From assembly GCA_963772725.1 (NCBI GenBank), contig CAVYYI010000001.1:160001-224000 (forward strand): a stretch of 64,000 nt of DNA, written 5' to 3'. The DNA comes from an uncultured Phycisphaerales bacterium (GTDB lineage: Bacteria; Planctomycetota; Phycisphaerae; Sedimentisphaerales; Anaerobacaceae). A program made the position numbers and the translations under genes. Below are positions 1 to 8,995 of the stretch, piece by piece; the first letter of the stretch is position 1; each line of letters starts with the position of its first letter. The notes below the pieces were generated by a model. It ran no database searches. It saw only the letters and a list, made by a program, of their open reading frames with translations, and was not told the origin of the DNA.

Positions 1-164
1 AAAATAGTGACGTTTGAACGTGGTACATAAAAAAATCTCCTTTATTTTGGTTGTAAGTCCTTTTACTGACAACGCTTACATAATATCCAAAATGGAGGAG
101 ATTGCAAGAAAAATAATGACATAAGTCGTTATTTAACAAATATTTATGAATTTTACAAAAGGCT
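1..164 (-). mobile_element. Probable left end of an insertion sequence; transposase-like gene start MYHVQTSLF runs off the window
   Basis: Minus-strand ATG at 28 with an AAAGGAG RBS. The RBS lies in a long hairpin (ATCTCCTTTATTTTGG 35-50 / CCAAAATGGAGGAGAT 87-102; TGTAAG/CTTACA). Terminus AGCCTTTTGTAAAA (rc of 151-164) resembles IS5/IS1182-type ends. The other end is not visible. Confidence 0.4.
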
Positions 165-195
165 TATAAAGAGGTCAGAAAGGAGGTTAATAATT

Positions 196-363
196 ATGCT
201 TAATACAAACGGATATACAAATGTTGGCGAGAGTATACAGCCCGTGGTAATTAACCCTGTTCGGCATCTGCCTGTACTCTCGAGGTCATCGCAAGCCGAT
301 GATATCGAAGTTATCAACCTTGACGATCCTCGCGAAAACGTCAAACCGACAACGTGGCATTAA
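196..363 (+). CDS. Unannotated 55-aa peptide MLNTNGYTNVGESIQPVVINPVRHLPVLSRSSQADDIEVINLDDPRENVKPTTWH; candidate substrate or precursor of the downstream E2/JAB/E1 operon
   Basis: Translated by hand (absent from the ORF track). AGGAGG at 181-186 lies 9 nt before the ATG; TAA at 361-363; first gene of a co-oriented cluster. Confidence 0.7.
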   Translation: MLNTNGYTNVGESIQPVVINPVRHLPVLSRSSQADDIEVINLDDPRENVKPTTWH

Positions 364-380
364 AAACAGATTAAGAGCTT

Positions 381-413
381 ACCGGGCAGCCCGAATATCA
401 AGGGTTGCCCGGT
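381..413 (+). promoter_or_regulatory. GC-rich stem-loop between the peptide gene and the E2 gene (mRNA stabiliser or partial terminator)
   Basis: ACCGGGCAGCCC (381-392) pairs with GGGTTGCCCGGT (402-413); 12-bp stem with one G-U pair; no U-tract on the + strand. Confidence 0.65.
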
Positions 414-435
414 ATCAGAAAAAAGGAAAAGAAAA

Positions 436-819
436 ATGAAGTGGTACCAATCAAATCCTATCAGGTTCGAGATTGAAAAGCGTCTGCTTGCCAGATATCA
501 CCCTGGCTGCCGGATAATCATAGAAAATGGAGAAATGAAGGTGCAGAAAAGATTTCTCGGCTACAAAGGGCAGTATCTTCTCGAGGGAATATTTTCAGAC
601 GGGTACCCGTATTCCTCGATGAGATTTTTTATTAGAGAGCCTCGTCTTAGAAACTCTCCTCCGCACAGATACTCTGGCAGCGAGCTTTGCCTTCACGATT
701 CGGATGATATCGGTCCTGAAACAACCGCAAAGGTATACATGGACTGGGCAATTCAGTGGATACAAACATATGAAAGGTGGCTGGACGGCGTACCCTGGCC
801 GGAAACCAATAAAGGTTAG
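436..819 (+). CDS. Prokaryotic E2/UBC-like protein with putative catalytic Cys
   Basis: YP motif followed by PPHRYSGSELCLH (compare E2 HPN..G.ICL) and a Trp-rich C-terminal helix W..QW...YERW..G.PW. Confidence 0.75.
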   Translation: MKWYQSNPIRFEIEKRLLARYHPGCRIIIENGEMKVQKRFLGYKGQYLLEGIFSDGYPYSSMRFFIREPRLRNSPPHRYSGSELCLHDSDDIGPETTAKVYMDWAIQWIQTYERWLDGVPWPETNKG

Positions 820-848
820 TTCATTTAAAAAAGAAAGGATAAAAAATT

Positions 849-1391
849 ATGGAACACGATGCATTGATTACATTTGACGCCGCACGAACTATTATCAAAG
901 ATTCTGCGGATTGTGAAGTTGAAACAGGCGGTGCGATTATAGGCACGTTGAATGACCCGATTACAATAGTTGCAGCCGGCTCACCTGGGAAAAATTCCGT
1001 TCATGCCTCCACCAGTTTTACCTCAGACCCAAAGGCTGATAAACAATGCCTCCAGGAAAGCCGCATAAAATATGGCAATAAAATTACCCTTGGAGGCTGG
1101 TGGCATAAGCATCCTTACGGCCTTATTACGCCCAGCAGCCCAGATTGTTTCCAGGCCAGGGAACTTATCAGGCAATATAATGATGATAAGCCTCTGCTTG
1201 TAGGAATAGTCAACCAGAAGCACATTAGATTCCGGCGAAAGACTACTCTTTACCTTTACAGCATCTATGCCTCCGGGGAAATCTCCGAATGCCGTTGGAA
1301 ATTAGTCGGCAGGAACAACCAGGAATTACTTAATGCCATTGCCAAAGCCGGAGAAGCCAAAAGTTATTACAACGGATTACTGGTCGGATAA
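849..1391 (+). CDS. JAB/Mov34/MPN metallo-isopeptidase; probably fused to the following E2-like domain across a frameshift near 1350
   Basis: ETGG motif and WHKHP...PSSPD give a complete JAMM motif (E, HxH, S, D). Confidence 0.85.
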   Translation: MEHDALITFDAARTIIKDSADCEVETGGAIIGTLNDPITIVAAGSPGKNSVHASTSFTSDPKADKQCLQESRIKYGNKITLGGWWHKHPYGLITPSSPDCFQARELIRQYNDDKPLLVGIVNQKHIRFRRKTTLYLYSIYASGEISECRWKLVGRNNQELLNAIAKAGEAKSYYNGLLVG

Positions 1392-1728
1392 AGATTTCAG
1401 GTCATATCTTAACCCTATCGGACGCGAAAGGATAAACAGCGAAATTGAACAGCTAAGGCAAGCCGGCTGGCTGGTAAAAATAGGACGTAACCGTCAAAAT
1501 AAACTGCTGGTATTGAATGTAAGCAAAAGTCATTGCAGCCTGGATTTAACGCTTCCGCCCGAGTTCCCTCTTAATCCTCCAAATGTTGCTGCTATAGACG
1601 GTGGAAGTTTTGCAAGGCTTGAGACTTTGTGCCGATGGAACTCACTTTGCAGGCTCACGGATGTTGTAGCCGAGGCTGAATTAGTGTCGCATTGTCCCCT
1701 CTGTTTAAAGAGGGTAACAGGCGACTAA
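1333..1728 (+). CDS. Second E2/UEV-like domain, likely the C-terminal part of a JAB-E2 fusion
   Basis: RERINSEIEQL helix, LTLPPEFPLNPP, W-N-S..L..VV, terminal CxxC. Overlaps the JAB ORF by 59 nt and has no RBS of its own. Confidence 0.6.
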   Translation: MPLPKPEKPKVITTDYWSDKDFRSYLNPIGRERINSEIEQLRQAGWLVKIGRNRQNKLLVLNVSKSHCSLDLTLPPEFPLNPPNVAAIDGGSFARLETLCRWNSLCRLTDVVAEAELVSHCPLCLKRVTGD

Positions 1729-1763
1729 CGGAATAAACTATAAATAGTAAAAAGGAGCAAAAA

Positions 1764-2942
1764 ATGTATAACAAAATTAATCCATCAAACTATCGTTGCG
1801 TAATATTCTTAAAAGACCAGGCGGACAAAGCCATGCTTAAGCCGCATACACGACTTTACGGAATATTTGTAGATTCTACCGGCTTATTATTCATGACCCC
1901 CTATAAACCACCGGCAGAGAGCCTTGCCTGGCTCGGAATAATCCAGGATAAACCCGGCGAAGAAAATGAACAGCCTCTTCTTATCAATGTCCTGACAGAT
2001 AAAGATTCGTCGATAGCAAGGGGATTCATACATAATAAGCGGATTGAATTACCTGTTGAATTTATTTATGCCGCCAATTGTTACCAAAGAACACCTTTTA
2101 ATAAAACCGAGATGGATATACTGCGAAATGTTCACGTGCTAATATTTGGCTGTGGAACAGGAGGCAGCAAAGCTGCCGTAGAATTTGCCAGGGCAGGAGT
2201 TGGTAAAATGACGTTATGCGATCCTGATAAATTCGAGTTTGCAAACGTCTCTCGCCATGAAGGTGACTTATTGGATGTCGGCAAACCTAAAACACAGCTT
2301 GTCGCCGAGAGAATCTATAAGATTAATCCATCGATACAGATAGAAACTTATTCTGAGAATATTTTTGAAAGCCCTCTAAATCAGGTTGAAGAACTCTTCA
2401 GGGGAAAAGACCTTGTTGTCGCGGCCACCGATGAAACTTCAGTACAACTTCAGATAAATGAGGTTGCTTACAGATTTAAGATTCCGGCAGTATTTGGCGG
2501 CTGCTATGAAGAGGCACGGGGCGGCGAGGTATTATTTGTTCTGCCTGAAAAAAAGCAGCCTTGTCTTGCCTGCCTGAGAAGCGGCTTAAAACAACCGATA
2601 AAAAACAGCAAAATAGATTATAGCACCGCCGTAAGTTCAGATGATTATAAGGGAGAACCCGGCCTTCATGCGGCAATAGATTTTGTAACAAACACTGAAG
2701 TGCTGATATGTATAGGGGTTCTTCTTAGGAAAACAGAAACTTCAGAGCTTGGCAGGCTGATTATGAACACTCCATCCAACTTTATTTTGATAGGAGGAGC
2801 ATTGGCTCAGGGTTTTTACAGGTTCCGCAAACCGTTCGATATATTTTTTCAGCCGTTAAGCGGTCCCAGGAAAACCTGTCCAGTATGCGGAAACTGTGAA
2901 CTGCTTCTCAATGAAATTGTTCCAACAGAAAAGACTAATTGA
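1764..2942 (+). CDS. ThiF/MoeB/E1-family adenylyltransferase with a ~105-aa N-terminal extra domain
   Basis: VLIFGCGTGGS, CDPD...NVSRH, GKPK, ATD, and Zn ligands PCLAC and CPVC; AAGGAG RBS. Confidence 0.9.
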   Translation: MYNKINPSNYRCVIFLKDQADKAMLKPHTRLYGIFVDSTGLLFMTPYKPPAESLAWLGIIQDKPGEENEQPLLINVLTDKDSSIARGFIHNKRIELPVEFIYAANCYQRTPFNKTEMDILRNVHVLIFGCGTGGSKAAVEFARAGVGKMTLCDPDKFEFANVSRHEGDLLDVGKPKTQLVAERIYKINPSIQIETYSENIFESPLNQVEELFRGKDLVVAATDETSVQLQINEVAYRFKIPAVFGGCYEEARGGEVLFVLPEKKQPCLACLRSGLKQPIKNSKIDYSTAVSSDDYKGEPGLHAAIDFVTNTEVLICIGVLLRKTETSELGRLIMNTPSNFILIGGALAQGFYRFRKPFDIFFQPLSGPRKTCPVCGNCELLLNEIVPTEKTN

Positions 2943-2959
2943 AAAGGAGGAAACTTGCT

Positions 2960-3136
2960 ATGTCGATTTTAGATATTTTTCGTCAGATTTTTTTATTAAG
3001 TGATTGTGAAAAGCCGGATGATACATCGTTGAGACGCCGAAGAAGTGTATCCAAAGATAAACATATTATCGTAATGAAAAACGGCCTGCAGAAACGCTAC
3101 TGCATCAATAAATATGGCGAGGTCTATGAAGATTGA
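2960..3136 (+). CDS. Small hypothetical protein (58 aa)
   Basis: AGGAGG at 2945-2950 precedes the ATG at 2960; directly follows the E1 gene. Confidence 0.6.
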   Translation: MSILDIFRQIFLLSDCEKPDDTSLRRRRSVSKDKHIIVMKNGLQKRYCINKYGEVYED

Positions 3137-3200
3137 GTAAGAATCTGATGTCATGATTTTTTAAAAAGGATCGCTCTTGTGAAAGGAGCCACTATATAAA

Positions 3201-3413
3201 ATGAATCGTAAACTTACACAACAGGAAATGGATTGTGCTTTACATCAGTATCCGCCAATATTAACGCCGGAAGAGGCCGCAGGACTGCTTCGCTTAAAGA
3301 TATCAACTTTGTATCGACATCTTTCAGAAGGCAAATACAGCAAAGCGGTCAAACGGGGAAAACCCGTTCGATTCTGGCGGGACAGGTTGATTCAGGATTT
3401 TATGGCAGAATGA
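3201..3413 (+). CDS. Excisionase-like helix-turn-helix protein (HTH_17/AlpA-like)
   Basis: ILTPEEAAGLLRLKISTLYRH...RGKPVRF; adjacent to the integrase. Confidence 0.85.
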   Translation: MNRKLTQQEMDCALHQYPPILTPEEAAGLLRLKISTLYRHLSEGKYSKAVKRGKPVRFWRDRLIQDFMAE

Positions 3414-3431
3414 TTTTTTTTAAAAAAATAT

Positions 3432-3460
3432 TTGCGCTATAGTTCCAAATGCGCTACACT
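3432..3460 (+). promoter_or_regulatory. Putative sigma70 promoter of the integrase
   Basis: TTGCGC-17 nt-TACACT, containing a TGCGCTA direct repeat. Confidence 0.4.
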
Positions 3461-3500
3461 GGACTTGGTATTGTGAACTATATGATAGAAAGGGCAGAAT

Positions 3501-4787
3501 ATGAAATTAGTAAACCGAGAACGTATTGATGGAACACAAATTACCATCGGGAAAAGAGTGTATTACAAGGATGGCAAAAAAAACACCGCAAAATCCTTTA
3601 GTGCTGAATATACCAATTATGAAGGCAAGCAACAGTGTAAATCCCTTGGCACACGAAATATTGTCCACGCAAGAAGGCGAGCTATAAAAATCCAGGAAAA
3701 TCTTGAAAAGGGAATTGAGCAGGCAAGCCCCTCTAAGATATCGATTGAGGCATTAACGACTCAATATCTTGATATGATAAAAGCCAAGGGAACTGCTCCA
3801 AAAACACAGGCAAAATATGAAACTGATTTGGAAAAACTTAAGGATTTCTGTAACGAAAAAGATATCCGTATGGCTCGTAAATTTTCACAGAATGATTTAT
3901 ATCTGTATCGGCAGTATTTAATGGAGAAAAGAAAGTATGCACCCAAAACCGTACAAGGAGCAATTGTTGTTGCTAAACAGATCTTCAAATGGGCATGGAG
4001 ACAGGGAATTTTACAACAATATCCTCTGGAAGCAGTATCTTTTCCCAAAGCCAAATCCGCTCCTCAGCCTTACTTTACAACTGCCCAGGTTGATGCTTTA
4101 ATCGAAGCAGGAATTGGTGAGGAAAAACTGGCTTTTGCCCTGATGGGTTATGCGGGTCTGCGTATCGGTGAAGTTGAGCAGCTTCGCCGTGAGGATATCA
4201 TCACAAAACAAAAGCAGTTCACTATGCTTCATATCCGGCGAGGCGGCTCCAATGGGACAACTAAAGATAAAGACGAACGCTTTGTGCCGGTACATCCTAA
4301 GGTTGCAGAACTGTTAAAGAAGTTCAAATATGTCCAGGGTATTCTGCTTCCTGGTATCGGTGAAAGAACATTACTCAAACGTCTCAAGATTTTATGTGCC
4401 AAGTGCAAGTTTGAGAATCCAACTCAATACAAACTACATTCTTTCAGGCACCATTTTGCCAGTATGTGTGCAAACCACAGGGTTGCCTACAGAAAAGCAT
4501 TGTCCTGGCTGGGACATAGCTCTTCGGAGATGCTTGACCTTTACTACCACCTGCACGACGAGGACAGCCAAAACGCTATGATGGAACTTGCAAAGTCTTA
4601 TGAAACTGAAAATATACCTGCCCCAAATAAGGACAGTTTAAGGGCAACGGGGGAGTCTAAAATAGTAAGCAATCCACAAGTGCCTGAATTGCAAGAACTT
4701 ATGGACGTAATTTTAGCGGATATGGGAAAAACGGAGAGGGCGGGATTCGAACCCGCGGTAGAGGTTTATACCCCTACGACGGTTTAG
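3501..4787 (+). CDS. Tyrosine recombinase/integrase
   Basis: GLRIGE, TTK, LHSFRH and LGHSS..MLDLYY give the R-K-H-R-H-Y catalytic set; the 3' end overlaps tRNA-Ser. Confidence 0.95.
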   Translation: MKLVNRERIDGTQITIGKRVYYKDGKKNTAKSFSAEYTNYEGKQQCKSLGTRNIVHARRRAIKIQENLEKGIEQASPSKISIEALTTQYLDMIKAKGTAPKTQAKYETDLEKLKDFCNEKDIRMARKFSQNDLYLYRQYLMEKRKYAPKTVQGAIVVAKQIFKWAWRQGILQQYPLEAVSFPKAKSAPQPYFTTAQVDALIEAGIGEEKLAFALMGYAGLRIGEVEQLRREDIITKQKQFTMLHIRRGGSNGTTKDKDERFVPVHPKVAELLKKFKYVQGILLPGIGERTLLKRLKILCAKCKFENPTQYKLHSFRHHFASMCANHRVAYRKALSWLGHSSSEMLDLYYHLHDEDSQNAMMELAKSYETENIPAPNKDSLRATGESKIVSNPQVPELQELMDVILADMGKTERAGFEPAVEVYTPTTV

Positions 4788-4822
4788 CAAACCGTTACCT
4801 TCAGCCGCTCGGTCACCTCTCC
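4732..4822 (-). tRNA. tRNA-Ser(GCT)
   Basis: GGAGAGG/CCTCTCC acceptor stem, ACGGT-TTGCTAA-ACCGT anticodon arm, long variable arm, GGTTCGAATCC T arm; CCA not encoded. Confidence 0.97.
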
Positions 4823-5027
4823 GAAGCACATAATGATAAATTTTACTTCGACACCAATATTCTTTAGCTTTCGCAAAAGACAATACTCCATTATATTCAA
4901 GACTCACAGTCTTATCAAGAATAAAAATCTGTTAAAAATATTGCGAACCTTCAATAGGCGAACAAAAAAGTCCTTTAAGCCATTGTTTTTGGTCTTAATC
5001 CCGTTTCAGTGAGCATCTGGATATCTT

Positions 5028-7488
5028 TTATTGATTGGCGTCCTCTCCGCCGCTGGGCATTCCAGGGAAAAACCGCATCATGTTCTTAAGCGGCATTTCC
5101 TCAACGGCGTCAAATTTAAGGTCTGCCAGACGGGTTTTCCCCATCCATTCCACGGTGATACGCACTGATTTTTTGCCTTGCTCTTTTGCTTTTTTTATAG
5201 CCGATACAAATTCATCCACATCACCTATCTGCTGTTCATCAATAGCTCGAATCAATTCAAAGGCGTTTATCCTTGCAAGCGCCGTTGGCGTCCCCTGTTC
5301 AACTTTGGAAACAACGATGGCCTTATCATTATCCGATAATTTCAGAGCCGCACGAACTTCATACGTCAGGTTCTTAACCGTAATACCCAGATTTTTATTT
5401 TTATATTTTTTGGCGCCGAATGAATCCGGGGCGCCTGCTCTATTGTAAATTCTTTCTGCAGTATCTTTCCTTCGTGAACATAGCTAAGTTGAACCGCAGT
5501 ACCTTCTCCAATGGCTTTCAGCAATCTGTTAAGATAATTATCCTGACTTGGCCAAGGCCGTTTTCGCGGCATATTGTAACCCATATTTTGGAATTCCTCA
5601 GGAATATCCCCATTTCCAAAATCAGGAGAGTCATAATCGTGGTCTCTTCTTACTTTAAGCTCAATTGGCCAAGGTGCTTCAGCCAAACTTAATTTCAGCA
5701 GAATGTCACCTTCTGTTAATCCAATCTTTGATGCCGGAGAATTAGGATAAACACGGTTTATCATCAACCCTATCCGGCCGTCCTCAGTTTGTCGACGCAG
5801 ATTCATCTGTTTAGCGGTCTCTTTATTTAAGCTTGCAAATTCTACGCCAAGCCACGCTCTTTTTTTCTGTTCTTCCTTCGTCAAAGGTTTAATGAAGCTG
5901 TCATAATGAGAACTTAAATCTTTCATAAATGCCGCCAGATGTTCATTATCCAGTATTTGCTCTACCTCGTCTGAATTTGTCCAGCTACTGTATGACCGGC
6001 GAATTCCTCGTCCGCCGAGGAAAAACGAAGAGGAACTCTCATCATCCGAACCCATGAGGTATGGAAAGATTCTTTCGTAGTCTCTTCTAGCCGCCGTATA
6101 AACTCCGACAAAATGCCCATCTTTATCAAGAAGCCAGCATCTGTCTTTTATCTCGTTATCCAGCTCGCGATATAGTTTGTTTTCATAACCGCGTTTCTTG
6201 AGAATCCACCGGCTATAATCAACGACCAAATCCTTGCCGGCAAGCTCACGAGCGTAAGCCGTCCAGAACGGTTTTACTCTTTGAAGGTTTAACCGGCTAT
6301 CGACAACGACAACATTATTCAGTTTGGCATCGTTTAACTGGATAACAGTCGCCCCGAATTCCTTAAGTACACCAGCGAATTTTGCAGGCAGATATTCTTT
6401 GCCTGCCTCAACAGTTATGGTGTCTATTCCGGCAGCCATTGCCTGTTCCATCGCAAATGGGAGCAGCAGCTTGTCCGGTGCGATGGCAAGACCATAAGCC
6501 AGAATTTCTTTTTCTCCGTCACCACCTCCGCGCAACCCCTCCAGAATGAAGCGTACATCCCCATATCGTATTCGTCATCTTCTTTAGGAGGAAGCCTGAA
6601 TGTGAATTTGACCTGGTAAAGATATTTGGAAAAATTTTCTTTTATTTCAGTTTCCGCTGTCTGGCGTTTTATCCCTGGATCCGCAAGAATATCGCTGCCT
6701 TTCCACGCTGGGGCATCTTTTCCCGTTTCAATCATATTATAAGCGCTTATACCAAGTACCAGTCCGTTGGCATCGCAAATGATCTTGGGTTGACGATAGT
6801 GAGACATAAGGAAGTAATCAGGAATAGCGGACAGGTTGTCGCTGCTGCGAACAGGCTGGGCAATTGCCACATGAGAATAATCTTTTTTCTCATCTAAGTA
6901 GTTGGTTAATTCGCACCCCGTACAAGAACAACCTTCATGCTCAATTCCCGGAGACAGGAAAATATAATACAACTTGGAGTTGTTGCCGGGAGTTGCCGGT
7001 GATGCGACGAAATCCAGGGATTTCCATTTTTCCGGCATTGCACTTTTCAAACGAATAATCTGACCGGGGGTACAGGTCAATATTCTGTCCTGTTCCGCAT
7101 CTAATGTCTGTCCGTCCGGGCCTGTAACTGTCATTTTCTCAATCATCTCAGGCTTAAAATAATTATCAGCTATAAAGATATGGCCGTCTTTACTTATTAT
7201 GACCCCGACGGCATCCGTAGTCTGTTTATCGAGAATCTTTTTGAGCGTCTCCTGTTCTTCATACTCATCCAAATTATAGTCGTCATCATCGGCGGGGGGC
7301 TGTGGCCTCTTACTCTTTTTAAAATAATAATGCGCCGTAACAAAACTCGGCAAACAATTGTTCCGGATTTTTGTTTCCTTTGCCCGCTGTTCAACTTCAT
7401 CCTTGCTTTGGACCGCTGCAAAAACGACTTCTGTAAACAATAAACCTGCAATGGCCGCAAAAAATGTACACAGTATTTTAGTTTTCAT
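5028..7488 (-). CDS. Large exported protein with degenerate trypsin-like domains and two PDZ domains (split into three ORFs by frameshifts near 6535 and 5430)
   Basis: Signal peptide; GVIISKDGHIF; AWLGVEF...VYPNSPASKIGLTEGDIL (PDZ); second PDZ LGITVKNLT...EQGTP. Fragments are collinear. Confidence 0.7.
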
Positions 7489-7490
7489 AA

Positions 7491-8885
7491 CTATTCCTCT
7501 TCATAATCTTTAGTGTAATCCAGCACAACCCATTTGCGAAGACCGCTTCGCATTATCTCAAACATTATTTTCTTTTCATATTTTTTCTCAGCGATAATCC
7601 GCTCATATATCTCTTTGACGTCCGCTGCCGTTTGCACTTCTTTTTTGTCGATTCTTGTAATCACATCACCTTCCTGCAGCCCTGAGTTATCAGCGTTGCC
7701 GGGATACTTAATACCACGCACATAAACACCCTGGCCATACATGTAATACAAATTCTGGTCGTGATACTTGTTGATTTCCTTAACGGTCATATTCCATCTG
7801 CGGCAGTCAAAATCCTCTCCTTCCAATTTGCCTTTCTCCTCTGGTGACAATTTTACGGTCATTTCCTCGCCGCCTCTTAGAATCTTCATCTCGATATCTT
7901 TTCCAACCGGCAAATCTGCCAGCAGGCGCCATATTGCCGGCAGCATCTCAGCGTAATTGCCGTCCACCCGGCCGCCGCCCACTTCAATCAGAATATCACC
8001 GGCACGTATTTTCGATCCAGCGGCAGGGCTGTTTTCCTCGACACCGGCAATTAGAACCCCTCTGTCGCTATTTATAAAGGTATTGCTGTTGAAATCCTTC
8101 AGTGACTGAAGCCGCAGCCCGGAATACGAGCGAATAATTTTTCCGTCCCGTTTAAGACGTTCTGCAATATCTTTGACTATAGGCGCAGGAATACTGAACC
8201 CCAAACCGCTGCCGAATACCCCAAGCGTGTTTATCCCGACAATCCTGCCTTCTGTATTTATCAGAGGTCCGCCTGAATTTCCAGGATTTATTGCCGCGTC
8301 CGTCTGGAGCCACGTGTTATATTTATACTCGGTCTCAAAACCGATGTATCGCTGCGCATTGGAAATAATGCCCAGACTTATCGATCGCTGAAATCCGAAC
8401 GGACTTCCCAGTGCCATTACAAAGTCACCCTCAATGACTTCGTTATCGGCAAACTTGCCGTAGGGCAGGGGGGCATCGTTAACTTCAAATGGCAGCTTCA
8501 ATAACGCAAGGTCTGTATCCTTGTCCGAACCTATTAATTTTACAGGAACCTGCCGCTTGTCATATAAAACGCAATTAATCGCGATTGCTTTGTCGATTAC
8601 ATGATGATTGGTAATTGCGTATCCGTCAGGGCTTATAATAACCCCCGAGCCGAATACTTCCTGCTGTTTCTTTTCGCCGCTTTCGTATTCTTCTACAATC
8701 GGTTTGACAAATATAAGCGCTGGAAATACTTCTTTTTTGGCGTTCGTGATAATTTTCCGGAAATCCAGTTTCTCGGTAGGTTCCGAAGAATTTATATGCG
8801 GTGGGGGAGAGCAGGAAATCATAATGAAAGCTGAAATTAATAAACAAAAAAAGTATCCGCACCTCAAGAAAACAGTTTTCGTCAT
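7491..8885 (-). CDS. HtrA/DegP-like serine protease with PDZ domains, probable lipoprotein
   Basis: GSGVII, TNHHV, DLALLK, TDAAINPGNSGGPL catalytic triad; two PDZ domains. Confidence 0.93.
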   Translation of the reverse strand: MTKTVFLRCGYFFCLLISAFIMISCSPPPHINSSEPTEKLDFRKIITNAKKEVFPALIFVKPIVEEYESGEKKQQEVFGSGVIISPDGYAITNHHVIDKAIAINCVLYDKRQVPVKLIGSDKDTDLALLKLPFEVNDAPLPYGKFADNEVIEGDFVMALGSPFGFQRSISLGIISNAQRYIGFETEYKYNTWLQTDAAINPGNSGGPLINTEGRIVGINTLGVFGSGLGFSIPAPIVKDIAERLKRDGKIIRSYSGLRLQSLKDFNSNTFINSDRGVLIAGVEENSPAAGSKIRAGDILIEVGGGRVDGNYAEMLPAIWRLLADLPVGKDIEMKILRGGEEMTVKLSPEEKGKLEGEDFDCRRWNMTVKEINKYHDQNLYYMYGQGVYVRGIKYPGNADNSGLQEGDVITRIDKKEVQTAADVKEIYERIIAEKKYEKKIMFEIMRSGLRKWVVLDYTKDYEEE

Positions 8886-8995
8886 TGGCCGCCTCTCTGT
8901 TATTTCAAAAAAGAATCTCTGTTAAAAGTCTGATACTGATGTTTATATATCCGGCAAATCTATATGTCAAGTAATATGATTTGGAAAAAGAAAGT

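Larger units (their letters stand above)
1..4762. mobile_element. Terminal part of an integrative element inserted at tRNA-Ser(GCT); other boundary lies outside the window
   Basis: xis-int pair abutting a tRNA 3' end, with accessory cargo. Confidence 0.8.

Noticed and set aside
153..344. Minus-strand 63-aa ORF
   Set aside because: Antisense shadow of the RBS-supported plus-strand peptide at 196-363.
436..2942. Calling the operon CBASS type II or a Bil/Bub system
   Set aside because: No CD-NTase, effector or beta-grasp Ubl is visible in the window; only the enzyme families are shared.
4713..4907. 64-aa ORF across tRNA-Ser(GCT)
   Set aside because: Spurious translation of the tRNA.
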